From: an uncultured Candidatus Nitrosotenuis sp.
GTDB lineage: Archaea; Thermoproteota; Nitrososphaeria; Nitrososphaerales; Nitrosopumilaceae
Length of the DNA: 51,207 nt
Assembly (NCBI GenBank): GCA_964542205.1
Contig: CAZITM010000002.1
Coordinates: 1-51,207 of the forward strand
Direction of reading: 5' to 3'
The position numbers were made by a program, and so were the translations under genes. Shown one piece after another: positions 1-8,240 of this stretch (within the stretch, counting starts at the first letter, position 1; every line of letters starts with the position of its first letter). A model generated the notes under the pieces. That model saw only the letters and a program-made list of their open reading frames with translations, was not told the DNA's origin and made no database searches.

Positions 1-36
1 GTTTGTCGGCCCCGGTAACATGACTAGATATTCCAA
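1..36 (-). CDS. 5' end of a class V PLP aminotransferase (serine-pyruvate/alanine-glyoxylate type), truncated by the window edge
   Basis: Manual translation from TTG at 36 gives MEYLVMLPGPTN. The 'LPGP' N-terminal motif is typical of this family. Only 12 codons are visible. Confidence 0.7.
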   Translation of the reverse strand, partial: MEYLVMLPGPTN

Positions 37-79
37 ATAATTTCACCTGAAGGACTGTTTTGGCCTGCAGTATTTATAA

Positions 80-574
80 CTACAGATTTTTCAGTCGGTC
101 TCTTGCATTAATTTTCAGCAAAACCTTACGGGTTCCGTCTGGCACGAACTCGTCCCAGTTTTGATCGTTTGCGATTTTTGCGCGAATCTCAGTACCTGAC
201 AAGACATCTCTTTTGGCTAGCGGGACGGAGATTACTTCGATATTGCGTTTTTTGAACAACTCGTGCGTGAACTCGTCGTTTGAAAACACCACATCGTATT
301 TTGGAACTATCTCATCTATGTGACGGGTCCATCTGTCGTGATCGTTGACATCTGGTATGTAGTAGATTTTTACTTTGTCAATCATTTCTTTGTCAAGTGA
401 TGAGAGGATCATTTCTTTTCTTTCGTCCGCGGTAAAGGGGTTTCTTTTTTCGTTGAACCGGTTTGAGCTCCCGATTCCGATGTAGAGTGTGTCGACGCTT
501 TGTAGCGCAAACCTGACTGCAGCCAGGTGTCCCAGATGGAACGGCTGGAACCGGCCTATGAGAAGACCATTCAT
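80..574 (-). CDS. nadM: Nicotinamide-nucleotide adenylyltransferase (archaeal NMNAT)
   Basis: GRFQPFHLGH (HxGH) motif, NPFTxxER, and SGTEIR C-terminal motif. Confidence 0.95.
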   Translation of the reverse strand: MNGLLIGRFQPFHLGHLAAVRFALQSVDTLYIGIGSSNRFNEKRNPFTADERKEMILSSLDKEMIDKVKIYYIPDVNDHDRWTRHIDEIVPKYDVVFSNDEFTHELFKKRNIEVISVPLAKRDVLSGTEIRAKIANDQNWDEFVPDGTRKVLLKINARDRLKNL

Positions 575-630
575 GATTTTCCTTGCTGCACTTGATTTAA
601 AAACTCACCAATCGACTCTAGATCACAAAT

Positions 631-1656
631 ATGGACGCGCTCAAAATCGACGGCTCGTTTGGCGAGGGTGGAGGGCAAATACTTCGGAGCGCGCTTGCGC
701 TTTCATGCATACTAAAAAAGCCCATTCAGATTGAAAAAATTAGATACAACAGAAAGACTCCTGGCCTCAAGCCAAGCCATCTCATGACGATAAAGATTCT
801 TGCAAAAATATTCAATGCAAAAGTGGATGGGCTACATGTGGGATCCACAGAGATCAAGTTCTTTCCAAATAAAATGCAGGACATGAGCCTAAGGGAAAAT
901 GTAGGAACCGCAGGAAGCATCTCATTGATCTTGCAGGCAGTAATACCTGCAGTATCGCTTGCGCAAAAAAGACTAAACCTCTCAATAACTGGCGGCACGG
1001 ATGTTCCTTGGAGTCCTACTGCAAACTATACCAAGTATGTCTTGGCAGAAGCGTATTCCAGAATCGGTATTGACTACACCCTAGATGTGAAAAAGCGCGG
1101 TTATTACCCAAAGGGCGGCGGCCTAGTCGAAATAGAGATATCGCCGTGCAAAAAGCCAAAACCAATTTCTCTAACACAAAGAACGCAAAAAACAGCCAAG
1201 GTTCTCTGCAGTTATTCTGGCCTGCCGGAAACTAAAATCAAAAATTCCATAAATTACATCAGAACCGAGCTAGAAAAAAATAATTTTACAGTCCAGACGC
1301 ATCTCAGCTGTGAGAATGCACTTGACCGTGGTGCATCGGTTCTCGTGTTTTCCCATGACGCCGGTTCGGTAGTTGGTGTAGACGATCTGCAAAAAAACAA
1401 GACCGAGTTTGGCGCAGAGGTGCCAAGTAAATTCATAGGATCTCTCGGCGTGGACGTGAATCTCTCAGACATGCTTGTCATCCCAGCAAGTCTGACAAAT
1501 GAGGTCTCGGTTTTTACGGTAAACCAAATCTCCAAGCACCTTGAGACAAACCTCTACATCACATCAAAAATCACCGGCTGCAAGTACGGCGTGGGGAAAA
1601 TCGACGGCGGCTATGAGGTACGAATCCAAGGAAACTCAGAGACCCGCATCCAATAA
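631..1656 (+). CDS. rtcA: RNA 3'-terminal phosphate cyclase
   Basis: IDGSFGEGGGQILRSAL, GGTDVPWSP, RGYYPKGGG; catalytic His retained in SKHLETN. Confidence 0.95.
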   Translation: MDALKIDGSFGEGGGQILRSALALSCILKKPIQIEKIRYNRKTPGLKPSHLMTIKILAKIFNAKVDGLHVGSTEIKFFPNKMQDMSLRENVGTAGSISLILQAVIPAVSLAQKRLNLSITGGTDVPWSPTANYTKYVLAEAYSRIGIDYTLDVKKRGYYPKGGGLVEIEISPCKKPKPISLTQRTQKTAKVLCSYSGLPETKIKNSINYIRTELEKNNFTVQTHLSCENALDRGASVLVFSHDAGSVVGVDDLQKNKTEFGAEVPSKFIGSLGVDVNLSDMLVIPASLTNEVSVFTVNQISKHLETNLYITSKITGCKYGVGKIDGGYEVRIQGNSETRIQ

Positions 1657-2133
1657 CGCGGCAAAAAACAGTACCGCAACAGAAAGAACCACGGTGACTT
1701 CGCCAACTATGATTATTTTTTTCCGAAGCCTTGCTACCTGGGATTCATCCAACCGCTTTTCCACTATTTTCTGCTCGACTTCCTTTCTGATGATTCTTAC
1801 ATGAATAGCAAATGACGCCAAAAGCGCAGCAACAAGAATCATCTTGATTACAAGCAAGATGCCATAATTGGTTGAGACCAAAAAGTCCGGCCTTGCTAAC
1901 ATCTGGTGTGAATTATAGATCCCAGTAACAATCAATATCGCAAGAGCCGGTATGGCTATCTTGTTGAATCTCCTTCCCACCAGTATCATGATCTGCAGTC
2001 TTTCTTCGATGGAAGCAGTCATTGTCTTTAGGAGGGGCGCAAGAACTATGGCAATAAAGAGCGAGCCGCCAACCCAGACGGCTGAACTGATAAGATGAAT
2101 CCACGTGATTAGTCCTTGCTCTAGTGTCATCAT
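1636..2133 (-). CDS. CopD-family (copper resistance/uptake) membrane protein
   Basis: WIHLISSAVWVGG, ILIVTGIYN and YGILLVIK motifs; four predicted TM segments. Confidence 0.75.
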   Translation of the reverse strand: MMTLEQGLITWIHLISSAVWVGGSLFIAIVLAPLLKTMTASIEERLQIMILVGRRFNKIAIPALAILIVTGIYNSHQMLARPDFLVSTNYGILLVIKMILVAALLASFAIHVRIIRKEVEQKIVEKRLDESQVARLRKKIIIVGEVTVVLSVAVLFFAALLDAGL

Positions 2134-2208
2134 ATCACCGATTCGGCGTTCAAATATTATCGTGTCTGAAAGAACACTTTTTAGTTGAATGACCTGGGAT
2201 ACAAATAA

Positions 2209-2700
2209 TTGATCAGCCAGGGAAGAGGCATTATTTATGCGGCAATAGCGGGACTCTTAGCGATGCTTGGCGGGATAACCTGGTACGCGAGCCTTGATAA
2301 CCCACAGCTTGATCTGGCAGAGATCCATCTTGCCGATGTCAGAGTAACAAGTGTAAACAGTATAGAGGGCAGAGCAAATCTGGAAGTAAACTTTCTAATA
2401 AAAAATCCCAGCGATAAGACCTTTACGATATCCCTCATAGATTATGAATTGTTTGCAGACGGCAGGCCGGTTGGGAAAGGACAATACTCAACTGAGGACA
2501 TTCCCATGCCTGGCAGGGCGGCATTCTATCCGGATGCAGAAATTGTGTTGCCAAGTATATTCCAGCTGCTCTCCAGCGCAAGTCCTGACGCATACAGCGC
2601 CATAGTAAATGGGGAACCAGTAAAGTTCAGCGCAAAGGGAAAAATGGTAATAGAGTCTGCATGGAGTCTAGTGGAAAAGGACTTTGAGATATCGCAGTAA
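2209..2700 (+). CDS. Membrane-anchored LEA type-2 (WHy)-like beta-sandwich protein
   Basis: N-terminal TM helix followed by 'FLIKNPS...ISLIDYELFADGRPVGKG', the LEA_2 pattern. Confidence 0.6.
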   Translation: MISQGRGIIYAAIAGLLAMLGGITWYASLDNPQLDLAEIHLADVRVTSVNSIEGRANLEVNFLIKNPSDKTFTISLIDYELFADGRPVGKGQYSTEDIPMPGRAAFYPDAEIVLPSIFQLLSSASPDAYSAIVNGEPVKFSAKGKMVIESAWSLVEKDFEISQ

Positions 2701-2728
2701 TCAAAACTTCAAAACTGGTGAGTAAAAA

Positions 2729-2802
2729 TGGGCCGAGAGAGATTCGAACTCTCGATCACCGCCGTGTCGAGGCGGTATCCTAACCGACTAGACTACCGGC
2801 CC
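2729..2802 (-). tRNA. tRNA-Val(GAC), no intron, CCA not encoded
   Basis: Folds as GGGCCGG TA GTCT AGTCGGTT AGGAT A CCGCC TCGACAC GGCGG TGATC GAGAG TTCGAAT CTCTC TCGGCCC A. Anticodon GAC at 2768-2766; discriminator A. Confidence 0.93.
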
Positions 2803-2861
2803 AGTAAAGTACAAGACTTGAGCTCTACATTATTAATCTTTGAATTGGAAACTAGAGTAAA

Positions 2862-3578
2862 ATGACCGAGTTCTCAAACCAAGAAAAATCAGGACTGTAC
2901 AAGGCAATTTACACAAGAAGGGACGTTCGGTCACACTTTAACTCAAAACCAATCTCTGACGACGTTCTGGCAAGAATCCTAAACGCGGCACACCATGCGC
3001 CGTCTGTGGGTTTCTCACAACCATGGAACTTTATTCTTATCCGCGACCCCAAAACAAAAGAAAGGGTCAAAAAATCATTTGAGGCAGAAAGGGAACGTTC
3101 CTCAAACCAAGTAGAAGAGCCAAGAAAGGAAAAATATCTCTCGCTAAAACTCGAGGGGATTCAAGAATCTGACGTAAACATCTGCATAACATATGATCCG
3201 ACAAGGTTTGGGCCGTTTGTCATCGGCAGATCCAGCATACCTGAAACTGGAATCTATAGTGTCTGCTGTGCAGTGCAGAACCTATGGCTTGCTGCAAGAT
3301 CCGAAGAGATTGGTGTGGGCTGGGTTAGCATTCTCTCAAATGATGCCCTTAGAGAAGCACTTGAGCTGCCCACGCACATACTGCCAGTAGCATATCTGTG
3401 CCTTGGCCACGTAGAGGAGTTTGCAGAAAAACCGGACCTCGAGTCTGCCAAGTGGCTCCCAAGACTCAAGCTAAAGGATGTCGTCTATTTTGAGAAATGG
3501 GGGCAGACGCAAAACACTCCAGGATGGGATAAAATATACCGGCTAATTCTGAGCAATCTTGATTATGCTTTTAAGTGA
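2862..3578 (+). CDS. bluB: 5,6-dimethylbenzimidazole synthase (nitroreductase fold)
   Basis: RRDVR, AHHAPSVGFSQPWNF, KLEGI, YSVCCAVQNLWLAAR and GVGWVSI motifs. Confidence 0.9.
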   Translation: MTEFSNQEKSGLYKAIYTRRDVRSHFNSKPISDDVLARILNAAHHAPSVGFSQPWNFILIRDPKTKERVKKSFEAERERSSNQVEEPRKEKYLSLKLEGIQESDVNICITYDPTRFGPFVIGRSSIPETGIYSVCCAVQNLWLAARSEEIGVGWVSILSNDALREALELPTHILPVAYLCLGHVEEFAEKPDLESAKWLPRLKLKDVVYFEKWGQTQNTPGWDKIYRLILSNLDYAFK

Positions 3579-3599
3579 ATACACTTGTGAAATTCACAA

Positions 3600-3693
3600 G
3601 GGCTTGTAGCGCAGAGTCAATTTTGACGCGCAACATGGATAGCGCGGCAGCCTCCTAAGTTGCAGGTCGAGGGATCGAAGCCCTCCAAGCCCG
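3600..3693 (+). tRNA. tRNA-Arg(CCT) with a 19-nt non-canonical intron in the D-loop (3615-3633)
   Basis: Acceptor stem GGGCTTG/CAAGCCC, D stem GCGC/GCGC, anticodon arm GCAGC-CTCCTAA-GTTGC, T arm GAGGG-ATCGAAG-CCCTC. Removing 3615-3633 leaves a normal AGCATGGATA D-loop. Confidence 0.92.
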
Positions 3694-3719
3694 CTTACTA
3701 TTTCCAAATCCATCTTTGG

Positions 3720-3727
3720 TTTAAATA
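3720..3727 (+). promoter_or_regulatory. TATA box of the leaderless FMN reductase gene
   Basis: TTTAAATA at -30..-23 from the ATG at 3750. Confidence 0.6.
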
Positions 3728-3749
3728 AAGAACAGACGAGCCAAAAATC

Positions 3750-4274
3750 ATGAAAGTAGTTGTCATCTCTGGCAGCCCAAGAAAGGAAGCAAACACGCAG
3801 ACGGTGATGAAATTCGTCTACGAGTACGCAAAAACAAAAAACCCAGACACAAAATTCATCAACCTGTCAGAGGGAGGAATAGACTACTACAGGGGCCCGA
3901 CCGAAAAATACAGCCAAACCACCACCCAGGCTGCAAAGGACATCACAGACGCAGACGTTTGGCTCATCGGCACGCCAATTTATAACTCGTTTTTCAGCTC
4001 TGCACTAAAGAACCTCTTTGAGTTTATCAACTACAAAACAACTGCAGGCAAGACAGCCGGACTTGCCATACTGGCTTCTGGTAATGTTGGTTTTATCAAC
4101 GTCCAAACGCTGCTTACACAACTTATGAATTATTTTAGAGTGGTGACAAACCCAACTGCGGTATTCATGACTGTGGACATGCTAAAAGATGGCGCAATAA
4201 TTGACGAAAACGCAAAGACACGACTAAAAGAAATGGTTGATCAGACCCTGTTTTTGGCTTCTAGGCCGAAATAA
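3750..4274 (+). CDS. NAD(P)H-dependent FMN reductase (flavodoxin-like fold)
   Basis: VISGSPRKEANT and GTPIYNSFFSSALKNLFE motifs. Confidence 0.9.
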   Translation: MKVVVISGSPRKEANTQTVMKFVYEYAKTKNPDTKFINLSEGGIDYYRGPTEKYSQTTTQAAKDITDADVWLIGTPIYNSFFSSALKNLFEFINYKTTAGKTAGLAILASGNVGFINVQTLLTQLMNYFRVVTNPTAVFMTVDMLKDGAIIDENAKTRLKEMVDQTLFLASRPK

Positions 4275-4656
4275 TGTCTTTGAGATATACAACTTTGAAG
4301 ATTTTGACAGTGTAGTCGCCTTCAAAGATTCTTGTGACCTTTTCGTTTGTTACGTCCCTGACTCTGAACTTGTACTCATATGTTCCGTCTGGTTTTACGT
4401 CGGTCTGCGCAAAGTGAACCGCCTCCCCATTTTTGTAGATCTGAATTATTACTGGGTGGCCCTCAACAGGATTTGCAATTTTTCCTTCAACAAATCCCCA
4501 CGGCAGTTTGTTATTTTTTGGTGCAGAAAACGGGACGATTGTTTTTTCAAGGCCGGTCGACGAATCAAGTGGGCTGATTGTAGTCTCTGCAAATGCAAAA
4601 TTTACCGTAGTGAGCATTGCAGCAAAGACTAGTCCCGCAATTACGGCTTTTAACAT
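4261..4656 (-). CDS. Secreted hypothetical protein (Ig-like beta domain)
   Basis: Signal peptide ending AFA; beta-rich 'DGTYEYKFRV...GDYTVKI'. Confidence 0.7.
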   Translation of the reverse strand: MLKAVIAGLVFAAMLTTVNFAFAETTISPLDSSTGLEKTIVPFSAPKNNKLPWGFVEGKIANPVEGHPVIIQIYKNGEAVHFAQTDVKPDGTYEYKFRVRDVTNEKVTRIFEGDYTVKIFKVVYLKDIISA

Positions 4657-4707
4657 AACAAAATTCTTGAATAGTCAAATATTAAGATGACGCATTAATC
4701 ATCCATA

Positions 4708-4827
4708 ATGATGGATGAAAATGTTTTAAACGACAGCTGCAATTGCAAATGCCACTTCGGCGGCGCAGTAAGCTGCCCAGGATGCAAACAAAACCACAAA
4801 TCGTGTGGCTGTAAACACTGCAGCTAG
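4708..4827 (+). CDS. Cys/His-rich microprotein, metallothionein-like (39 aa; below the ORF-track cutoff)
   Basis: MMDENVLNDSCNCKCHFGGAVSCPGCKQNHKSCGCKHCS*. AT-rich TATA-like AAATATTAAG at 4677-4686. Its TAG overlaps the convergent gene's stop in CTAG (4824-4827). Confidence 0.7.
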   Translation: MMDENVLNDSCNCKCHFGGAVSCPGCKQNHKSCGCKHCS

Positions 4828-5288
4828 TCTTTTTTCTTACGTGATGCCTTTTCTTTTGATGCAAGCGCCTTCAGGTTCGCAAGCTCTGCTTTTAGCGACT
4901 CGATCTGTACCTGCGTTTCCAAGTTAGCAATCTGTTGCTTTAGTCTGGCAATCTCATCGTCTTTGAGCTTTACTTCGTCCTTTATCTCATTGAGAGTAGC
5001 GGTAAAGGAATCTCGGAATTTTGAGAGTTCGTCAACGGAGACTGACGATTGGGCATGAGCTAGAACTCTAACCGAGCTTTTTTTTTCGATTGGCGCGTGT
5101 CCGTGCTTGTGCACATAATCTGCGCTTTTCTGTGCAATCCAGCAGATAAACACCAAAAACCAAGTAACAATAGTCGAAACCAGCAGCAGGGAATTCAAAG
5201 CCGGAGGCATGTAAAAGTACATTCCGGTCAAAAACGCGGCAAAACAGGCTACTACGACTGTCGCTAGATGATTTCGCAAGTAACCCAT
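4824..5288 (-). CDS. Hypothetical protein with two TM helices and a C-terminal coiled coil
   Basis: Start re-assigned to the ATG at 5288 (MGYLRNHL). The longer ORF-track start overlaps the 5368-5595 gene. Confidence 0.7.
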   Translation of the reverse strand: MGYLRNHLATVVVACFAAFLTGMYFYMPPALNSLLLVSTIVTWFLVFICWIAQKSADYVHKHGHAPIEKKSSVRVLAHAQSSVSVDELSKFRDSFTATLNEIKDEVKLKDDEIARLKQQIANLETQVQIESLKAELANLKALASKEKASRKKKD

Positions 5289-5367
5289 GCTCTTTGCGAA
5301 CAAAAAGTCGAATATAACGTTAATGCTGTTTTTTGTACGTGGTAATAAAAGAAAAGATAAGCGAAGA

Positions 5368-5595
5368 TTATTCGTCTTCTTGAACAGAATCTTCTTGCGG
5401 GACTTCGGATTGCAAAATTTTAATTTTTGCCAATAATTCGTTTCTGAGATCGCGTGCCACCCTTCGCACTGTTGGTCTTGGAACACCTAGCTCCTCGACA
5501 ACCTTGCTGTAAATGTCTTGTTTGTCTGTCAGCCCCCTCTCAAGATAAGAATTGATTGCTTGTTTAATGACGGTGCTTTGATTTGTGCGATTCAC
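5368..5595 (-). CDS. Small HTH-like hypothetical protein
   Basis: 'IYSKVVEELGVPRPTVRRVARDL' resembles a helix-turn-helix; TATA-like TTATATAG upstream. Confidence 0.7.
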   Translation of the reverse strand: MNRTNQSTVIKQAINSYLERGLTDKQDIYSKVVEELGVPRPTVRRVARDLRNELLAKIKILQSEVPQEDSVQEDE

Positions 5596-5829
5596 AACTT
5601 GTAATTTTTCTCGTTCTATATAAGACTATAACTTTTCTAGGAAAACATTCTCGTCCAACACATCCTGCAAAAAATTATTATAACATGAAAAATTCCACCG
5701 GTCCCCAAAAAAGTCTGGCTGATGAACTATAAACAATCCAAAATCAAAAATTTATAATAATTGCAACCTGTGTTCAAAATAATTTAAGAATAGCAAGACT
5801 CTTATGCTAAGAAACGGGTTGGGCTATAA

Positions 5830-6309
5830 TTGACCACGGCGACAATCGAAACCAAATTTGGAAAGATTGTATTTAAATTACTACCGGATCTGGCGCCGGA
5901 AACAGTCAGAAACTTTGTCAAGCTCGCACAGTCAGGCTTCTACGACGGGACGCTTTTTCACAGAGTTATTCCCGGCTTTATGATTCAGGGAGGAGACCCA
6001 AATACAAAAACTCCCGACAAGCACAAGTGGGGTATGGGAGGCCCCGGCTATACAATAAAGGCTGAATTCAACTCTAGGTCGCACCAGCGTGGAATCGTAT
6101 CTATGGCAAGAGCCATGGATCCAAACAGCGCAGGCTCACAGTTTTTCATAGTCACAACCGATAGCCCCTTCCTTGACAGGCAATACACCGTCTTTGGTGA
6201 GGTAACGGAGGGCATTGAGGTGGCAGACGCAATAGTGAGCCAGCAGCGGGACAAAAACGACTGTCCGCTTCAAGACATCAAAATGACAAGAGTCTCGATA
6301 TCCGAGTAG
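5830..6309 (+). CDS. ppiA: Cyclophilin-type peptidyl-prolyl cis-trans isomerase
   Basis: FHRVIPGFMIQGGDP, SMARAMDPNSAGSQFFI and YTVFGEV motifs. Confidence 0.95.
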   Translation: MTTATIETKFGKIVFKLLPDLAPETVRNFVKLAQSGFYDGTLFHRVIPGFMIQGGDPNTKTPDKHKWGMGGPGYTIKAEFNSRSHQRGIVSMARAMDPNSAGSQFFIVTTDSPFLDRQYTVFGEVTEGIEVADAIVSQQRDKNDCPLQDIKMTRVSISE

Positions 6310-6317
6310 ATGCTGGC

Positions 6318-7208
6318 TTGAAAAAAACTATTCTTGGTGCAATTATGGTATTGTTTCTTGCATCTGGCCCAGCATTTGCACAAGAGATCACCTTTGGCGA
6401 TCCCGCAATGCAAGCAGTAAAAATCACAATCAGTGAAAACGGCGACGCACATGTGACCCATGTGGTAGAGGACAACAAAAAACCACAGCAACTCCAAGTA
6501 GTTCAGGAAAACTATGTCAATCTGCAAGTAACGGATGAAAACGGAGACTCGCTGGAATATGGGGAATCAGGGGGTGAAAAAACAAGCTTTGTCATATTTC
6601 CAAACGACGACAAGGTTCTAGTTGAATATGACCTGCCAAAGGCAGTCACACAGGTGGACGGACTGTGGACATGGCACTATGTATATCCGGCAACTACGGC
6701 GTTTTACCTGCCTGAAAAAGTGGATCTGATATTTGCAAACACAAACCCAGTTAACATGGGGGATCACCAAGGCATCAGGTGCCATGGCTGCGATATCGTA
6801 TTGGAATACGAGCTGGAAAAAACAGAAACCACAAAACAGATCCAATGGGAAGACAAAAAATTTGACGTCAGAATCATAACACATGCAGATATTGCATCTT
6901 TTGAGTTTGATCAGCCAAACAAAAAACTGAGCTTCGACGTAAGCGAGGCAGACGAATATGTTACTTTGATCATCCCTCTAGAACTCCTCTGGAAGCCATA
7001 CGAGGTGTTCTTGGACGGCCAAAAAATCCTAAAACACGAATTTTACTCTGATGGCGAGTCTGCATGGCTCAACTTCAAGCCAAAACAGGCAGGCAAGATC
7101 GAAATCATTGGCGTGTCTGCGGTGCCGGAATTCCCAATAGCTGCACTTTTGGTTCTAAGTGTAGCGATGGTCTTTGCCACAAAGTTTGCAAGACTCAGTC
7201 CCCGCTAG
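6318..7208 (+). CDS. Cell-surface protein with a PEF-CTERM/PEFG-CTERM-type sorting signal
   Basis: Signal peptide ending PAFA; C-terminal VPEFP + TM helix + basic tail (archaeosortase-type tripartite signal). Confidence 0.8.
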   Translation: MKKTILGAIMVLFLASGPAFAQEITFGDPAMQAVKITISENGDAHVTHVVEDNKKPQQLQVVQENYVNLQVTDENGDSLEYGESGGEKTSFVIFPNDDKVLVEYDLPKAVTQVDGLWTWHYVYPATTAFYLPEKVDLIFANTNPVNMGDHQGIRCHGCDIVLEYELEKTETTKQIQWEDKKFDVRIITHADIASFEFDQPNKKLSFDVSEADEYVTLIIPLELLWKPYEVFLDGQKILKHEFYSDGESAWLNFKPKQAGKIEIIGVSAVPEFPIAALLVLSVAMVFATKFARLSPR

Positions 7209-7350
7209 AGCCGCAAGAACAAAACCCATACTCATCAATTCGGACGTTGCACAGTGGACATTTTTCGCCATAATCTACCTCCCAAGGCTCCTTGCCAAAG
7301 AGCTTAAAATGATCATCTATCTCTAGTGGTATGACGCGTTTTTTTGCCAA
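7195..7350 (-). CDS. Small zinc-finger-like protein (about 51 aa)
   Basis: Start re-assigned to the TTG at 7350: MAKKRVIPLEIDDHFKLFGKEPWEVDYGEKCPLCNVRIDEYGFCSCGSSGD (CPxC...CxC). Confidence 0.65.
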   Translation of the reverse strand: MAKKRVIPLEIDDHFKLFGKEPWEVDYGEKCPLCNVRIDEYGFCSCGSSGD

Positions 7351-7436
7351 CGATGTTTGTTGTGTTTTATGGTATAATAATATTGAAACCATACACATCA
7401 ATTTTGAAATAAATAACAGCGACACACCTCAAAATC

Positions 7437-7622
7437 ATGAAGTGCGACTGCGGCTGTCACTGCATAAAATGTAAAAGCACAGACCTAGAATCGTTCAAGG
7501 TCGGCAAAGTCGAAGCCGACGGATATTTTGACATGCACCATACGTGCAAAAAATGTAACGCGCACTTTGATCATCTAGACGGAACTATCTTTGATACGTG
7601 TCTGCTGTGTAAGTTTAGCTAA
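7437..7622 (+). CDS. Cys/His-rich metal-binding microprotein (61 aa)
   Basis: CDCGCHCIKC...HHTCKKC..H..H...CLLC; AT-rich TAAATAA upstream at TATA spacing. Confidence 0.7.
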   Translation: MKCDCGCHCIKCKSTDLESFKVGKVEADGYFDMHHTCKKCNAHFDHLDGTIFDTCLLCKFS

Positions 7623-8106
7623 TTATCCGTTCTTGTTTAAAGTACCAGGTTCTGTTTTCTTGCGAGTTCTTTGCAAGCTCTTTGTGCATGGCCATCTTTG
7701 CAAGTGACTTTGATACGTCAAGCGGACTTGCGAGCCACCCATAGTCTCGCATTCTTTCGACCGTTTCAGAGACGGTTCTCGGCTTGGCAAAAAACGCGTC
7801 TCTTTCCAGTATCTCGATTTTGCTTGGCACCTCATCTGCAGAAACCTCTACTGGCGCGGTAAACTCTGGCTCGTGGACCTCGGCGTCCCTTAGTGTCCTC
7901 AAATAGTCCAGATTTGCCTGATATGCCTGTGTAAGCGCAGTTGGCGGCTCTAGCAATTCCTCGTCTGTTACAACCCTTGCCTTGTTTTCCTGGAGTCTTA
8001 CTGCAAGATCCGCAATCACCTGCGCCGCAGTATCGTTATCTATGTAAAAGTCTCTGGACTCGATTTCTATCTCATTTTCTCCGAATCTGAGCCTGATTTT
8101 TGCCAA
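7615..8106 (-). CDS. Hypothetical protein with a C-terminal winged-helix-like domain
   Basis: 'FFAKPRTVSETVERM...W......VSKSLAKM...L.K......WY' wHTH pattern. Confidence 0.65.
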   Translation of the reverse strand: MAKIRLRFGENEIEIESRDFYIDNDTAAQVIADLAVRLQENKARVVTDEELLEPPTALTQAYQANLDYLRTLRDAEVHEPEFTAPVEVSADEVPSKIEILERDAFFAKPRTVSETVERMRDYGWLASPLDVSKSLAKMAMHKELAKNSQENRTWYFKQERIIS

Positions 8107-8240
8107 TTACACTAAAAGTGATGAGATTTCGATTTATTCTACTAGCTTAAAGTAGCTTTAAGAACGGATCAAAACTTTTACACATAAGATCAGAAAATTT
8201 TTCGCATCGCTACACAAAAGCTGATTTGTGAGCATTAAGT

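Noticed and set aside
2701-3720. tRNA genes as possible integration sites
   Set aside because: No integrase gene, and I saw no duplicated tRNA 3' end (att site) in the window.
4682-4864. 60-aa minus-strand ORF from the track
   Set aside because: Antisense shadow of the more convincing + strand Cys-rich peptide, and it overlaps the 4824-5288 gene.
5596-5829. Longest intergenic gap; contains a 15-codon ORF (MKNSTGPQKSLADEL) and a CTGATGA box-C-like word
   Set aside because: No partner box D, stable structure or coding signal. It is explained adequately as divergent promoters.
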